Below are positions 1-9,188 of a DNA stretch of 64,000 nt, one piece after another. Below the pieces are notes generated by a model. That model did not search any database and was not told where the DNA came from. It saw nothing but the letters and a program-made list of their open reading frames with translations. Source of the stretch: Candidatus Latescibacterota bacterium (GTDB lineage Bacteria; Latescibacterota; UBA2968; UBA8231); the NCBI GenBank assembly GCA_965204725.1, contig OZ242005.1, positions 4,659,699 through 4,723,698 of the forward strand, given 5' to 3'. The translations under genes were made by a program, and so were the position numbers. Every line of letters starts with the position of its first letter. Position 1 is the first letter of the stretch.

Positions 1-10
1 TTCGAGGCCC

Positions 11-1087
11 TCAGCCCAAGTCCAAACCAAAATCCGCCGGGTTGAGGCCACTGTCTTCGGCTAGGCCCCGTAGGCTGATCAGGACGTCCTCGGGCATGAC
101 AATACCCTCGGCTAGTGCTTGTTCCCGCTTGTTCCACTCGATCTCGCCCGGCAGGAAGATGGTTCCGCCCTTCGCTGTGGACGCACCCTTGATCTCTTTG
201 CAGACGGCGTCCATGCGGGCGTGGAATTCCGCCAGCGGCATCATCGCGCCGACGTCGAGGGCCACAAAGGCATGGCCTTGGTTTGAGGGCGCGTCCGTGT
301 CTGCCACCCAGCTTTGGACGCCGCTCATCATGGCCGCTCCAGTCAGGGTGGCCGTCAGCAGTTCCACTAGCACGGCCAATCCGTACCCTTTGTGTCCGGC
401 CATGGGCAACTGCGCCCCTTTTTCCGGGAACTCGGTGGGATCGGTCGTTGGAATGCCGTCTTCATCCACCAGCCAAGTGTCTGGAATGCTGCGCCCTTCG
501 TTTTTGGCGGCGAATATCTTGGTGGCCGCAACCGCGCTCGTGGCAATGTCCAACATGACGGTGCGGTCGGTGCCGGTCGGGGCGGCGTAGGCGATCGGGT
601 TGGTCCCCAGAACGCGGCTCTTGCCGCCCGGCACGGTCATGCAGGGTTCCACGTTGCACATGGAAAGGCCGATCATGTCGTTTTCGGCGATCATGTTGGC
701 GTAAAACCCGGCCGCCCCGTAGTGGCTGCTGCCGCGGATGCCGATGTAGCACATACCGCTTTTGCGGGCTTTTGCAACGGCGAGTTCAACGGCGCGGCAG
801 GAGATGGCGGGCGGCATGCCGTCGCAGGCGTCGATAATGGCCCAAGACGGGCCTTGAGCGACGATATGCTCTTTCGCGGTTGCAACCAGACGACCGCGCC
901 GCGCATTCTGCATCAAGCCGCGGATTTGCCGGGTGCCGTGCGTAAAGGTGCCCCAAGTGTCGGTGGTGACGAAGACGCGGGCGCTCAGTTCGGCGTCTTC
1001 TCTGCTGAGGCCGGCTTTGACCATGGCGGCGATGCAAAAGGCCGTCAGGTCGTCCGGTCGGATGCTTTGGCGGGTAGATTCAGTCAA
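11..1087 (-). CDS. Ldh_2 family (type 2 malate/L-lactate/ureidoglycolate-like) dehydrogenase
   Basis: 358-aa ORF containing GSSHYGAAGFY and AGHKGYGLAV segments typical of the Ldh_2 family. The TTG start is preceded by AGGAG. Confidence 0.75.
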   Translation of the reverse strand: MTESTRQSIRPDDLTAFCIAAMVKAGLSREDAELSARVFVTTDTWGTFTHGTRQIRGLMQNARRGRLVATAKEHIVAQGPSWAIIDACDGMPPAISCRAVELAVAKARKSGMCYIGIRGSSHYGAAGFYANMIAENDMIGLSMCNVEPCMTVPGGKSRVLGTNPIAYAAPTGTDRTVMLDIATSAVAATKIFAAKNEGRSIPDTWLVDEDGIPTTDPTEFPEKGAQLPMAGHKGYGLAVLVELLTATLTGAAMMSGVQSWVADTDAPSNQGHAFVALDVGAMMPLAEFHARMDAVCKEIKGASTAKGGTIFLPGEIEWNKREQALAEGIVMPEDVLISLRGLAEDSGLNPADFGLDLG

Positions 1088-1263
1088 TGGGTAGGCTCCT
1101 TTTTGATTGGTGCGGGATTCGCAAGTAGGATAAAGAGATTTTTCGCGGCCCGGTCAAGGTCCCTGAGAGGCGTCCTTTATTGACGACGGACGGGTATAGG
1201 GCCTTGTCCACAGCAATAGAATTGGGCATTATTGCGCAGGTCCTAAACGGAAGTGAGCACACT

Positions 1264-2847
1264 ATGCGTTTCTTCAACACAACCGGCCCCATCGTCGCGG
1301 CCGATCACTACCACATCCCGCCGCTGGAGCGGATCGACCGCGACGAAGTCCTGCTGCGGATCGAGCAGCAGCGGTACTGTGTGCTACACGCGCCGCGGCA
1401 GACGGGCAGGACCTCCGTGCTACTGGCACTGCGGGACGAACTGAACGCCAGCGGGCGGTATCGCTGTCTGTACATCAACGTCGAGATCGGCCAGTCGGCG
1501 CGGGAGGATGTAGGGGAGGCTATCCGGGCCATTCTCGGTCAGCTCGTCTTAGAGGCGGAGTTTGTTTTGCGCGACCTGACGCTACGGGACATAAGCCTCG
1601 ACACGCTAAAGACGTTTGGCCCGCACCAAGCACTACAAGAGACGTTGCGCCGCTGGTCGGCGGCCGATGATAAGCCGCTGGTGCTGCTGATTGACGAGAT
1701 CGACGCGCTGATCGGCGACACGCTCTTGGCCGTGCTGCGGCAACTGTGCGCCGGCTATCCCGACCGGCCGCAGCACTACCCGCAGACCGTCGTTTTGTGC
1801 GGCGTGCGCAATGTGCGCGATTATCGCATCCAATCCACGGCCGAGAACGCCATCGTCGCTGGAAGCAGCGCGTTCAACATCCGCGCCGAGTCCCTGCGGC
1901 TGGACGATTTCTCACCGGGCGAAGTGCAGGCGCTGTTGGCGCAGCACACCGAGACCACCGGGCAGGTGTTTGCCGAGGACGCACAAAACGAGGTTTGGCA
2001 ATTGACGCAGGGGCAGCCGTGGCTGGTGAATGCTTTGGCGGATGAAGCGTGTTTTAGGAACAAGGCCGGGCGCGACCGCAGTCGCATTATCACGGCCGAG
2101 GCGATATACGACGCCCGCGAGCAACTCATCCTGCGGCGCGAACCCCACCTCGACCAACTCACCGACAAGCTGCAAGAGAAGCGCGTGCAGCGCGTGGTCG
2201 AGCCGCTGCTGAGCGGCACCGACTTCGACTTGGCACTCCCCCGAGACGACTTGCAATACGTGCGCGATTTGGGCCTTTTGTGCCGACAAGGAGCCTTCGC
2301 CATTGCCAACCCGATCTATCGAGAAGTCATCCCCCGCGACCTGACCTACACCACGCAGGAATACTTAACGCAAGACCCGGCTGGGTACGTGGATGCCGAA
2401 GGTCGGCTGCGCCTCGACGACTTGCTGACTGCGTTCCAAGCGTTCTTCCGCGAACATTCGGAGCACTGGATCGAGCGATTCCAGTACAAGGAAGCCGGTC
2501 CCCAACTGCTATTGCAGGCGTTCTTGCAGCGCATCGTCAACAGCGGCGGGCGCATGGAGCGCGAGTATGGCTTGGGTCGGATGCGCACAGACCTGCTGAT
2601 CCTATGGCCGGTCCCCGGCGACGCGCCAGCGCAGCGGGTGGTGATCGAATGCAAACCGCTGTACAACAGCTTGGAGCAGACCCTCGTCGTGGGCCTCAAC
2701 CAGACCCGCGTCTATATGAATCGCTACGCCGCCAGCGAAGGCCACCTCGTGATCTTCAACCGCACCGCCGGGGTGTCGTGGGACGACAAGATATTCCGCC
2801 ACGAGGAGGGCATAGGCGAGGCGAGAGTCACCGTGTGGGGTATGTGA
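1264..2847 (+). CDS. AAA-ATPase-like domain protein with C-terminal PD-(D/E)XK nuclease-like domain
   Basis: Start taken at the internal ATG giving MRFFNTTGPIV...HAPRQTGRTSVLLAL (P-loop-like). DEID at LLIDEIDAL is Walker-B-like. The C-terminus has TDLLI ... VVIECK, a D...ExK signature. The architecture matches the AAA-ATPase_like plus PDDEXK_9 family as I remember it. Confidence 0.75.
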   Translation: MRFFNTTGPIVAADHYHIPPLERIDRDEVLLRIEQQRYCVLHAPRQTGRTSVLLALRDELNASGRYRCLYINVEIGQSAREDVGEAIRAILGQLVLEAEFVLRDLTLRDISLDTLKTFGPHQALQETLRRWSAADDKPLVLLIDEIDALIGDTLLAVLRQLCAGYPDRPQHYPQTVVLCGVRNVRDYRIQSTAENAIVAGSSAFNIRAESLRLDDFSPGEVQALLAQHTETTGQVFAEDAQNEVWQLTQGQPWLVNALADEACFRNKAGRDRSRIITAEAIYDAREQLILRREPHLDQLTDKLQEKRVQRVVEPLLSGTDFDLALPRDDLQYVRDLGLLCRQGAFAIANPIYREVIPRDLTYTTQEYLTQDPAGYVDAEGRLRLDDLLTAFQAFFREHSEHWIERFQYKEAGPQLLLQAFLQRIVNSGGRMEREYGLGRMRTDLLILWPVPGDAPAQRVVIECKPLYNSLEQTLVVGLNQTRVYMNRYAASEGHLVIFNRTAGVSWDDKIFRHEEGIGEARVTVWGM

Positions 2848-2876
2848 AAAAGATCAAAAGCTAGGAGATAGAACTT

Positions 2877-3662
2877 ATGAACGAGAGTACGGGGCTTGAG
2901 CAGTACGTAACAATACAAGAATACCTCAAGGATCGGCGCTGCATTATCACCGGCTCTAGTGGGACGATTGGGAAAGTTTTTGCGACCTTTATCGCCTCGT
3001 GCGGCGGAATCCCCATTCTGGTAGATGTCGTGCCCCAAGACGACACAGTGGAGGCCGTCGCGTCCTACGGCGGCAAGTACAGCACCCATCGCGTGGATCT
3101 CAGCGACGTTGCCCAGATCAAATCCTTGTACGCTGAAATAGCCGAACAGTACGACGGCCTCGATATGCTCATCAACAACGCCGGGCTCCTCAGCGAGGTA
3201 AAGCTGCTCGATATGACCGAGGACAACTGGGACCGCGTCCTCAATGTAAATGCCAAAGGCGCGGCCTTTATGAGCCAAGGGGCGGTCGGCCTGATGAAAG
3301 GCGGCAGCCGCGATCGGCAAATCATCAACATCGTGTCGCTAGCCGCACTGGTGGGCGGGCTGTACGTAGGGGCACCCTATGTTTGCAGCAAGGCGGCCCT
3401 GCTCGGTCTCAGCCGCAACTATGCGGTGCAAGCCGGTAGGGAATTCGGGATTCGCGTCAATTCCATCAGCCCGGTTATTGTCAGCGGCCAGATGATTTCC
3501 AACACGCCACGCGAAGCCATTGACGGAGTCAAAAACCTAATGAAGGTGTGGAAGCAAGAAGTTCCCCCCGTGCATCTGCTCTATGTTTTTGAAATGCTGT
3601 GTAGAACCCCGTCGATGACCGGCAAAAACATCGTCCTCGATGGCGGCATTTTGTTGGAGTAG
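2877..3662 (+). CDS. SDR family oxidoreductase
   Basis: 261 aa with a glycine-rich ITGSSGTIGK dinucleotide motif, NNAG, and the YxxxK catalytic motif (YVCSKAAL). Confidence 0.8.
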   Translation: MNESTGLEQYVTIQEYLKDRRCIITGSSGTIGKVFATFIASCGGIPILVDVVPQDDTVEAVASYGGKYSTHRVDLSDVAQIKSLYAEIAEQYDGLDMLINNAGLLSEVKLLDMTEDNWDRVLNVNAKGAAFMSQGAVGLMKGGSRDRQIINIVSLAALVGGLYVGAPYVCSKAALLGLSRNYAVQAGREFGIRVNSISPVIVSGQMISNTPREAIDGVKNLMKVWKQEVPPVHLLYVFEMLCRTPSMTGKNIVLDGGILLE

Positions 3663-3692
3663 AACAGAATTGCTTGTGGAGGCGATACACCC

Positions 3693-4340
3693 ATGCACAG
3701 TTCAATACTCAGCGACAGCGACTTTGAGATGATCGCCCGCGGCCACCCGGTCGCGCTGGCGGAGTACTTTCGCGGCTTTACCAACACCAAAAGGCTGGGG
3801 CTGCTAGCGCCCAATCGCCTAGAGGGCGTCGGGGCCGTCAATTTGGTCATGGCCCACACAACCGCCTTTTACAACACGTACCGCGCCCGCGGCGAGGATT
3901 TCTTCTCGTACCCCGACTACTTCACCTTCCAATCGCGTGCGCCCAAGGCGGCCTACGGAATGTTCGACATCTGGCCGGCGCACAAAGACGTGTTGGTCGG
4001 TGCCGATGCGGCCGAGCGGCTCAACGCGATCACCGACCGTGCGGTCAACATCTTGCTCGTGCCCGACGGCCCCCCGGCCCCGTGCGAGTACCAGCGGCAG
4101 CAGTTAGCCGCGGCCGAGCGGCTCATCGAAACCTGCTATGCGTATTCGGCCACCGGCGCGGTCGCTGACCCCGACTTGGTCATCCGCTGCCCGGTCGATC
4201 CGCTCGCCGCTTGGTGCCAAAGCGTTGTTGAGTCCGTGCCCGACAGCGAGCGCGGAAAGGGCTGGCATGGCCAAGGTCCCGTCCTCGAACAGTCCTTCCG
4301 CCGCATCAGCCGCCAAGACGCGCTCGCTCGCCTCGCTTAA
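3693..4340 (+). CDS. hypothetical protein (no recognisable family)
   Basis: 215-aa ORF tightly spaced between the SDR gene and a PhyH gene on the same strand. Codon usage looks like its neighbours. I recognise no motif. Confidence 0.55.
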   Translation: MHSSILSDSDFEMIARGHPVALAEYFRGFTNTKRLGLLAPNRLEGVGAVNLVMAHTTAFYNTYRARGEDFFSYPDYFTFQSRAPKAAYGMFDIWPAHKDVLVGADAAERLNAITDRAVNILLVPDGPPAPCEYQRQQLAAAERLIETCYAYSATGAVADPDLVIRCPVDPLAAWCQSVVESVPDSERGKGWHGQGPVLEQSFRRISRQDALARLA

Positions 4341-4355
4341 CCCAAGGAGCTTGCC

Positions 4356-5141
4356 ATGACCGTTCTCCACGCCCCCGCGCTCAGCGCCGCCGAACTCGAC
4401 CAGTTTCACGAGCAGGGATACGTGCGCCTCGGCCACGTCGCCCCGCGCACAGAAATCGACGCCCTCTGCCAGCGCATTGACCAGATCATGCTCGGCACAG
4501 TGCGCTACGACGACATGCTCATGCAGCTATGTCCTTCGGTTGGCAATCCCGATCTTGCGCGGCAGACGAAGGAGTTTAAGGGCTCTTCGCTCAAGTACCG
4601 CAAAATTCAGGACTTGGAGCAGGATCCGCTGTTCTTGGGCTATTTGCAAAAGCCACTCTTCCGCGACCTAACCGGCAAAATTATCGGCGCGGAGGTCTCG
4701 ATCTTCCGCGCCATGTTTTTCAACAAGCCGGCCGAGCAGGGCATCACGATCAACTGGCACCAAGACGGCGCGGGCGGCTGGCATCTGAGCATTCCCCCGC
4801 AAGTCACGGTGTGGACCGCGCTCGACGACACGTGCGTTGCCAACGGCTGCCTGCAAATCATCCCCGGCTCGCACCACAGCATGATCCCCGAAACGGGCGA
4901 CCTGCTTTCGGCGGACGAGCGCGCGCTGCATGCACCCGATGAGAAGCGGCTCTATTTGGAAATGGAAAAAGGCGAGGTGGTGCTTTTGCACAACTGGACC
5001 TTGCACCGCTCGGAGACGAATAACACCAACCGCCCGCGCCGTGCGTTCAGCGTCTGCTACATTGACGCGGCTACCCGCCAAACGACTACGGGCCGCGCCT
5101 TCCCCGGCGTCTTCCCGACCTACCGGCCTATTGGTAGTTGA
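4356..5141 (+). CDS. phytanoyl-CoA dioxygenase (PhyH) family Fe(II)/2OG oxygenase
   Basis: 261 aa. N-terminal LSAAELDQFHEQGYVRL, WHQDG (HxD) and a distal PGSHH are typical of PhyH. The 3' end overlaps the convergent ALDH gene by 14 nt. Confidence 0.8.
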   Translation: MTVLHAPALSAAELDQFHEQGYVRLGHVAPRTEIDALCQRIDQIMLGTVRYDDMLMQLCPSVGNPDLARQTKEFKGSSLKYRKIQDLEQDPLFLGYLQKPLFRDLTGKIIGAEVSIFRAMFFNKPAEQGITINWHQDGAGGWHLSIPPQVTVWTALDDTCVANGCLQIIPGSHHSMIPETGDLLSADERALHAPDEKRLYLEMEKGEVVLLHNWTLHRSETNNTNRPRRAFSVCYIDAATRQTTTGRAFPGVFPTYRPIGS

Positions 5142-6576
5142 TAAAAGCGACCTTGTGCTCGGTGAAAAACTCGATCCCGGTGTCGCCCGATTCTGGAATC
5201 CCGTGCCCGGAAGCCTTCACCCCGCCAAATGAGAGCTGAGGCTCGCGGTAGGCCGTCATCATGTTCACGTGCGTCAGCCCCACGTCGGTCTTTGCCAAAA
5301 ACTCGAAAGCCCGCGCAAGGTCCCGCGTGAAAATGGACGACGCCAGCCCAAACTCCACGCCATTGGCGATTGCTAGGGCCTCAGAAAAATCCGCTGCTAC
5401 CATTAGGCACAACACCGGGCCGAAAATCTCCTCCTGCGCGATGCGCATCTGCGGCTGAACATCGGTAAAGACCGTCGGCGCGATAAAACACCCTTTGTCC
5501 AGCCCATTGGCGATCAAGCGCTCGCCCCCATGCGCGATGCGGCCCCCTTCCGCTTTGCCGATCTCGATGTAGCCCTCAATGGTTTCGAGTTGGTCCGTGC
5601 CGCACACCGGCCCCATATCCACCCCAGCCGCCACCCCATTCCCCACCCGAATTTGCTGGACGCGCGCTAGCACCTTGTCGGCGAAGGCGGCGGCGACCTC
5701 GCGCACGACGATGGCCCGGCTCGTCGAAGTACACCACTGCCCAGCGCAGGCGTAGGCCGCCTTGACGACCGCATCCGCCGCCAAGTCGAGGTCGGCGTCT
5801 GCCAAGATGACCGCGGGGTTTTTGCCGCCCATCTCTAGCTGGGTGCGGATTAGCCCTTGGGCCGCGCGCTGCTGAATGCCCTTGCCCACTTGGGTCGAGC
5901 CGGTAAAGGAAATCGACTGCACCAACGGATGCGTAATCATGGTTTCCCCGACCGTACTCCCCCCGCCGCAGACGAAGTTCAGTACGCCCGCTGGCAGCCC
6001 GGCCTCGACGAAAATATCCACGAAGGCCCGCCCGGCCCCGGGCGTTAGGCTCGCCGGCTTGAAGACGATGGTGTTGCCGCTGATCAGGGCCGGCGTACAC
6101 TTGCGCCCCGGCACGTTGAACGGAAAGTTCCAAGGGCTGATGATCGACGCCACCCCGAGGGGCCGCCGCATGCTGTAGGCAAACACCTTAGGTTGCGCCG
6201 AGGGCGCGGTCTGGCCGCATAAGGAGATCCCTTGGGCGATCTGGAACTCCATCTCACGCACCGCCGACCCCACTTCGGTGCGCGCTTCGTCGAGCGTCTT
6301 GCCGTTTTCCGCGGTGAGGATGGCGGCGATTTCTTCGGATCGCCCCTTTAGCACTGCGACCGCCCGCGACAAGCACTCTGCCCGCTGGTACACCCCCATG
6401 TCGGCCCACGCCGGAAACGCCGCGTGTGCCGCTTCAATGGCCTGCTCGGCGTCGGCTCTGGTGCCTTGGGGCCACTCCCCGGTTACGTGTTCTAGGTCGG
6501 CTGGATTGCGCTGGGCAAAGGTCTGTCCGTCCGAGGCCCCGACCCACTGGCCGTCGATGTAGTTTTGGGATTTCAT
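5128..6576 (-). CDS. NAD(P)-dependent aldehyde dehydrogenase
   Basis: 482 aa with FTGST, LEMGGKNP and the catalytic Cys region CAGQWCTSTSR. GGAG lies 7 nt upstream of the ATG. Confidence 0.9.
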   Translation of the reverse strand: MKSQNYIDGQWVGASDGQTFAQRNPADLEHVTGEWPQGTRADAEQAIEAAHAAFPAWADMGVYQRAECLSRAVAVLKGRSEEIAAILTAENGKTLDEARTEVGSAVREMEFQIAQGISLCGQTAPSAQPKVFAYSMRRPLGVASIISPWNFPFNVPGRKCTPALISGNTIVFKPASLTPGAGRAFVDIFVEAGLPAGVLNFVCGGGSTVGETMITHPLVQSISFTGSTQVGKGIQQRAAQGLIRTQLEMGGKNPAVILADADLDLAADAVVKAAYACAGQWCTSTSRAIVVREVAAAFADKVLARVQQIRVGNGVAAGVDMGPVCGTDQLETIEGYIEIGKAEGGRIAHGGERLIANGLDKGCFIAPTVFTDVQPQMRIAQEEIFGPVLCLMVAADFSEALAIANGVEFGLASSIFTRDLARAFEFLAKTDVGLTHVNMMTAYREPQLSFGGVKASGHGIPESGDTGIEFFTEHKVAFINYQ

Positions 6577-6643
6577 AATAGCTCCAGCTAAGTACGCGAC
6601 ACTTGCGTTGAGTCCGCCTTTTCTGGCGTTGCCGCTGCGTCCG

Positions 6644-6670
6644 GGATCGAGGGCGTCCCGCCCTCGATCC
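6644..6670. repeat. perfect 12-bp stem / 3-nt loop hairpin (GGATCGAGGGCG tcc CGCCCTCGATCC)
   Basis: Read directly from the sequence. It sits in the 159-nt spacer between two co-directional minus-strand genes. No U-tract follows on either strand. Confidence 0.6.
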
Positions 6671-6735
6671 TAGAAAGGTTGACCGCTGGTGTCGTGTAGT
6701 AAGTAGCTCCAGTTAAAAGTGATCCGCCGATGCGT

Positions 6736-7896
6736 TCAGGACCACAGCGGCACCCCGGCCGGTAGCACGGCGGCGATGGCCTCTTCGTCTAGATTGACGC
6801 CCAAGCCCGGGCCGTCGGGCACGGCGATGTAGCCTTGCTGAATGGGGTTTTTGATGTCGAGCATGGTGCTCCACAGCGGGATGTTGCGCGAGTGGTGCTC
6901 TAAGGCGAGGAAATTGGGCAGGGTGGCGCAGATATGGACCGCGGCCATGCCCGTAACCGCGCTCCGCATGTAGTGGGGCGCTAGCGATATATGGTACATC
7001 TCGGCCAGTTCGGCGATGCGGCGGATTTCAATGGCGCCGCCGCTGTGGGGGATGTCCGGCTCCAGCAGGTCGCATGCCTGTTGTTCCATTAGCTCGCGGA
7101 ACATCTTGGCGCCGTAAAAAATCTCGCCGGTGCAGATCGGCGTCTCGGTCTGTCGGCAGATTTTGGCCAAGGCGGCGACATTGCCCCATTCCCAGCGAAT
7201 GGGATCCTCCAACCAAAGCAGGTCGAGGTGCTCCACGTCTTTGCATATCCGCAGGGCGTCGGCTAGGTTGAAGGAACCGTGCAAGTCGATAGATAAGTCG
7301 ATGTATGGGCCAATCGCTTGGCGCAGGCTTTCGATGGTGGTGACGATGTGATGGTGCTGCCGACGACTGATGGAGCGGTCGTACACGTCAAGCTTCCAAG
7401 GGTTGGGCACATCGAGATCGAATTTGACCGCGGTGTATCCCTCGGCCACCACCTCTTGGGCCATGGATACGTAGGCACTGGTTTCGTACACCGGGTCCAA
7501 TTGCCCGCTGGCCCGCGTCTCCCGCCAGCGCCGCTCGTAGTCTTCTCGCGTCCAGTGTGCCCCCGAGTGGCAGTCGCAGTACACGCGGATGCGGTCGCGC
7601 AGTTTGCCGCCCAGCAACTCGTACATGGGCGCGTTTAGCTGCTTGCCGCGAATGTCCCACAGGGCGATTTCCACGCCGGCGCCGCGGCCCTGCATCTGCC
7701 ACAGGTGGTCGTAGTGTAGCCGATTGATGTTGGTCGGGTCGCGGCCGATGAGCATTTGTTTGAGCTGCTCAATGGGGCCTCCAGCGGTCCACTCGCCGAG
7801 GCCGACAATGCCTTCGTCCGTGAAAATTTTCAGCAAGGACCAGTGGCGATTTTCCGCGCCGAGGGAGGGCGTGACCTTAATGTCGGTGATCTTCAT
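6736..7896 (-). CDS. enolase-superfamily enzyme (mandelate racemase/muconate lactonizing family, sugar-acid dehydratase-like)
   Basis: 386 aa starting MKITDIKV. It contains IDLSIDLHGSF and LLWLEDPI, the metal-ligand segments typical of the family. Confidence 0.85.
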   Translation of the reverse strand: MKITDIKVTPSLGAENRHWSLLKIFTDEGIVGLGEWTAGGPIEQLKQMLIGRDPTNINRLHYDHLWQMQGRGAGVEIALWDIRGKQLNAPMYELLGGKLRDRIRVYCDCHSGAHWTREDYERRWRETRASGQLDPVYETSAYVSMAQEVVAEGYTAVKFDLDVPNPWKLDVYDRSISRRQHHHIVTTIESLRQAIGPYIDLSIDLHGSFNLADALRICKDVEHLDLLWLEDPIRWEWGNVAALAKICRQTETPICTGEIFYGAKMFRELMEQQACDLLEPDIPHSGGAIEIRRIAELAEMYHISLAPHYMRSAVTGMAAVHICATLPNFLALEHHSRNIPLWSTMLDIKNPIQQGYIAVPDGPGLGVNLDEEAIAAVLPAGVPLWS

Positions 7897-8120
7897 GTTC
7901 TCGCTTTCGCTGGCAAACGTAATTCGTTGATTTACGGATCGTTACAAACATCAGTGTATGACTCTTCGAGGTGCTGATCACGGAAGTTTTCGCTTTCTAT
8001 GGTCAAAGTAGGCTCCGCTGAGACATGGAGTCAAGGTTGTCCAAGTCGTCGTTCAGGACGCTGTTCACTCTGGTGCTGACGGCCAGCCTCTCGCACGGAC
8101 TGCGTCCCAAGATTGCGCGA

Positions 8121-9152
8121 TTACGACCTTTTCGAGTCACGATCTTTTGTTAGGTCATTTAGTTCATCTTCCTCGAAAGTGGCCGGAATCCATCCCCGCG
8201 GATGCGGAGTATATAGCTCGTCCAGCTTCAACGCGTCACGATACCACTTGGGCAAACCGGCCGTTGGTAGTTTGTCCTCTTCGTAGATGGGTTGGTTCCA
8301 TTGGGGCATCCCCACGGTCGGCCAATGGTCGTCGTCGCGCTTTATGAGATATACCCACCAAGGATTGATGCCGGTTTCCACCAAGTAAATCTCATCCGGC
8401 GCATCCGTGTGCTCCGCCAACAACTTGGGAAGCAGATTGCCAATGAGGTCAAATCTCGTGCGAGCGATGTCGCCGCTTTCCAGCACTAGGACGGTTCGCG
8501 CCCCCTCTTTCTTGCACTTCTGTAGCTTGGGAGACTTTTTGGAAAATGCCCGCCTCAGCCTGTCAATACGACGATCTTCCAAATCGCTGAAATCGTTGGG
8601 ACAATAAAGCCTCATTCTAAGAGAACCCGGTTTTCGCCTTATGAGAGCCGCATCCGGCCAGCGCAGTAATTCGATTATGCAATTGAAACCCGTTGGTGTG
8701 TCCTGCACGTAATCATCAGACCAAATGGGGCTATGCGCTGATCTAGTTCGCCCTAAGTTCCTTTCATGCAGACATTCCGCGTTCGTCTGAATCCATTCGA
8801 CAAGATTGTTCAGAGCTTGGTCGCGCTTTTTCTTTTTTTTAGGAAGGCGAACATTAACCGGAAGATGCAACTCGTAATACGCTGATCCCGGCAGTGAGGC
8901 CGAAAGTCTTTCTCTGAGGTAGTCACTAATCTTTTTGAGTACCAGATCGGTCTCGATTTGATTCTCGAACGGCTCGATTCGCGTGTGCTCGATCGCATAC
9001 TCTTGGGTGCCTAGCTTTAGACGTAATTCCACGGGAGGACCGTCACCATCCTTTTCGGGATGACGAATGCCCACGCTTGTTTCGCCTGTCCATTTTTCAA
9101 GGAGCCTCACAATGGCATCGCAGGCCTTGCCCTCATTGTCTGGGATGTGCAT
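8121..9152 (-). CDS. orphan hypothetical protein (possible nuclease-like N-terminus)
   Basis: 343-aa ORF in a visibly AT-richer stretch, with ATG preceded by GGGGAG. The N-terminal region (EKDGDGPPVELRLKLGTQEYAIEHTRIE) is faintly PD-(D/E)XK-like. It contains a PKKKKKR tract encoded by an A8 run. Confidence 0.6.
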   Translation of the reverse strand: MHIPDNEGKACDAIVRLLEKWTGETSVGIRHPEKDGDGPPVELRLKLGTQEYAIEHTRIEPFENQIETDLVLKKISDYLRERLSASLPGSAYYELHLPVNVRLPKKKKKRDQALNNLVEWIQTNAECLHERNLGRTRSAHSPIWSDDYVQDTPTGFNCIIELLRWPDAALIRRKPGSLRMRLYCPNDFSDLEDRRIDRLRRAFSKKSPKLQKCKKEGARTVLVLESGDIARTRFDLIGNLLPKLLAEHTDAPDEIYLVETGINPWWVYLIKRDDDHWPTVGMPQWNQPIYEEDKLPTAGLPKWYRDALKLDELYTPHPRGWIPATFEEDELNDLTKDRDSKRS

Positions 9153-9188
9153 AGGCGGTGGCTCCCCTCAGCCCTTTCTTTTGCTCAC

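Noticed and set aside
7900-8120. Direct repeat of the ssrA 3' end (att site) bounding the islet.
   Set aside because: By eye I found no copy of the GGAATCGAACCCGC-type segment at the far edge of the islet. This needs a computational search, so the islet boundary is left undefined.
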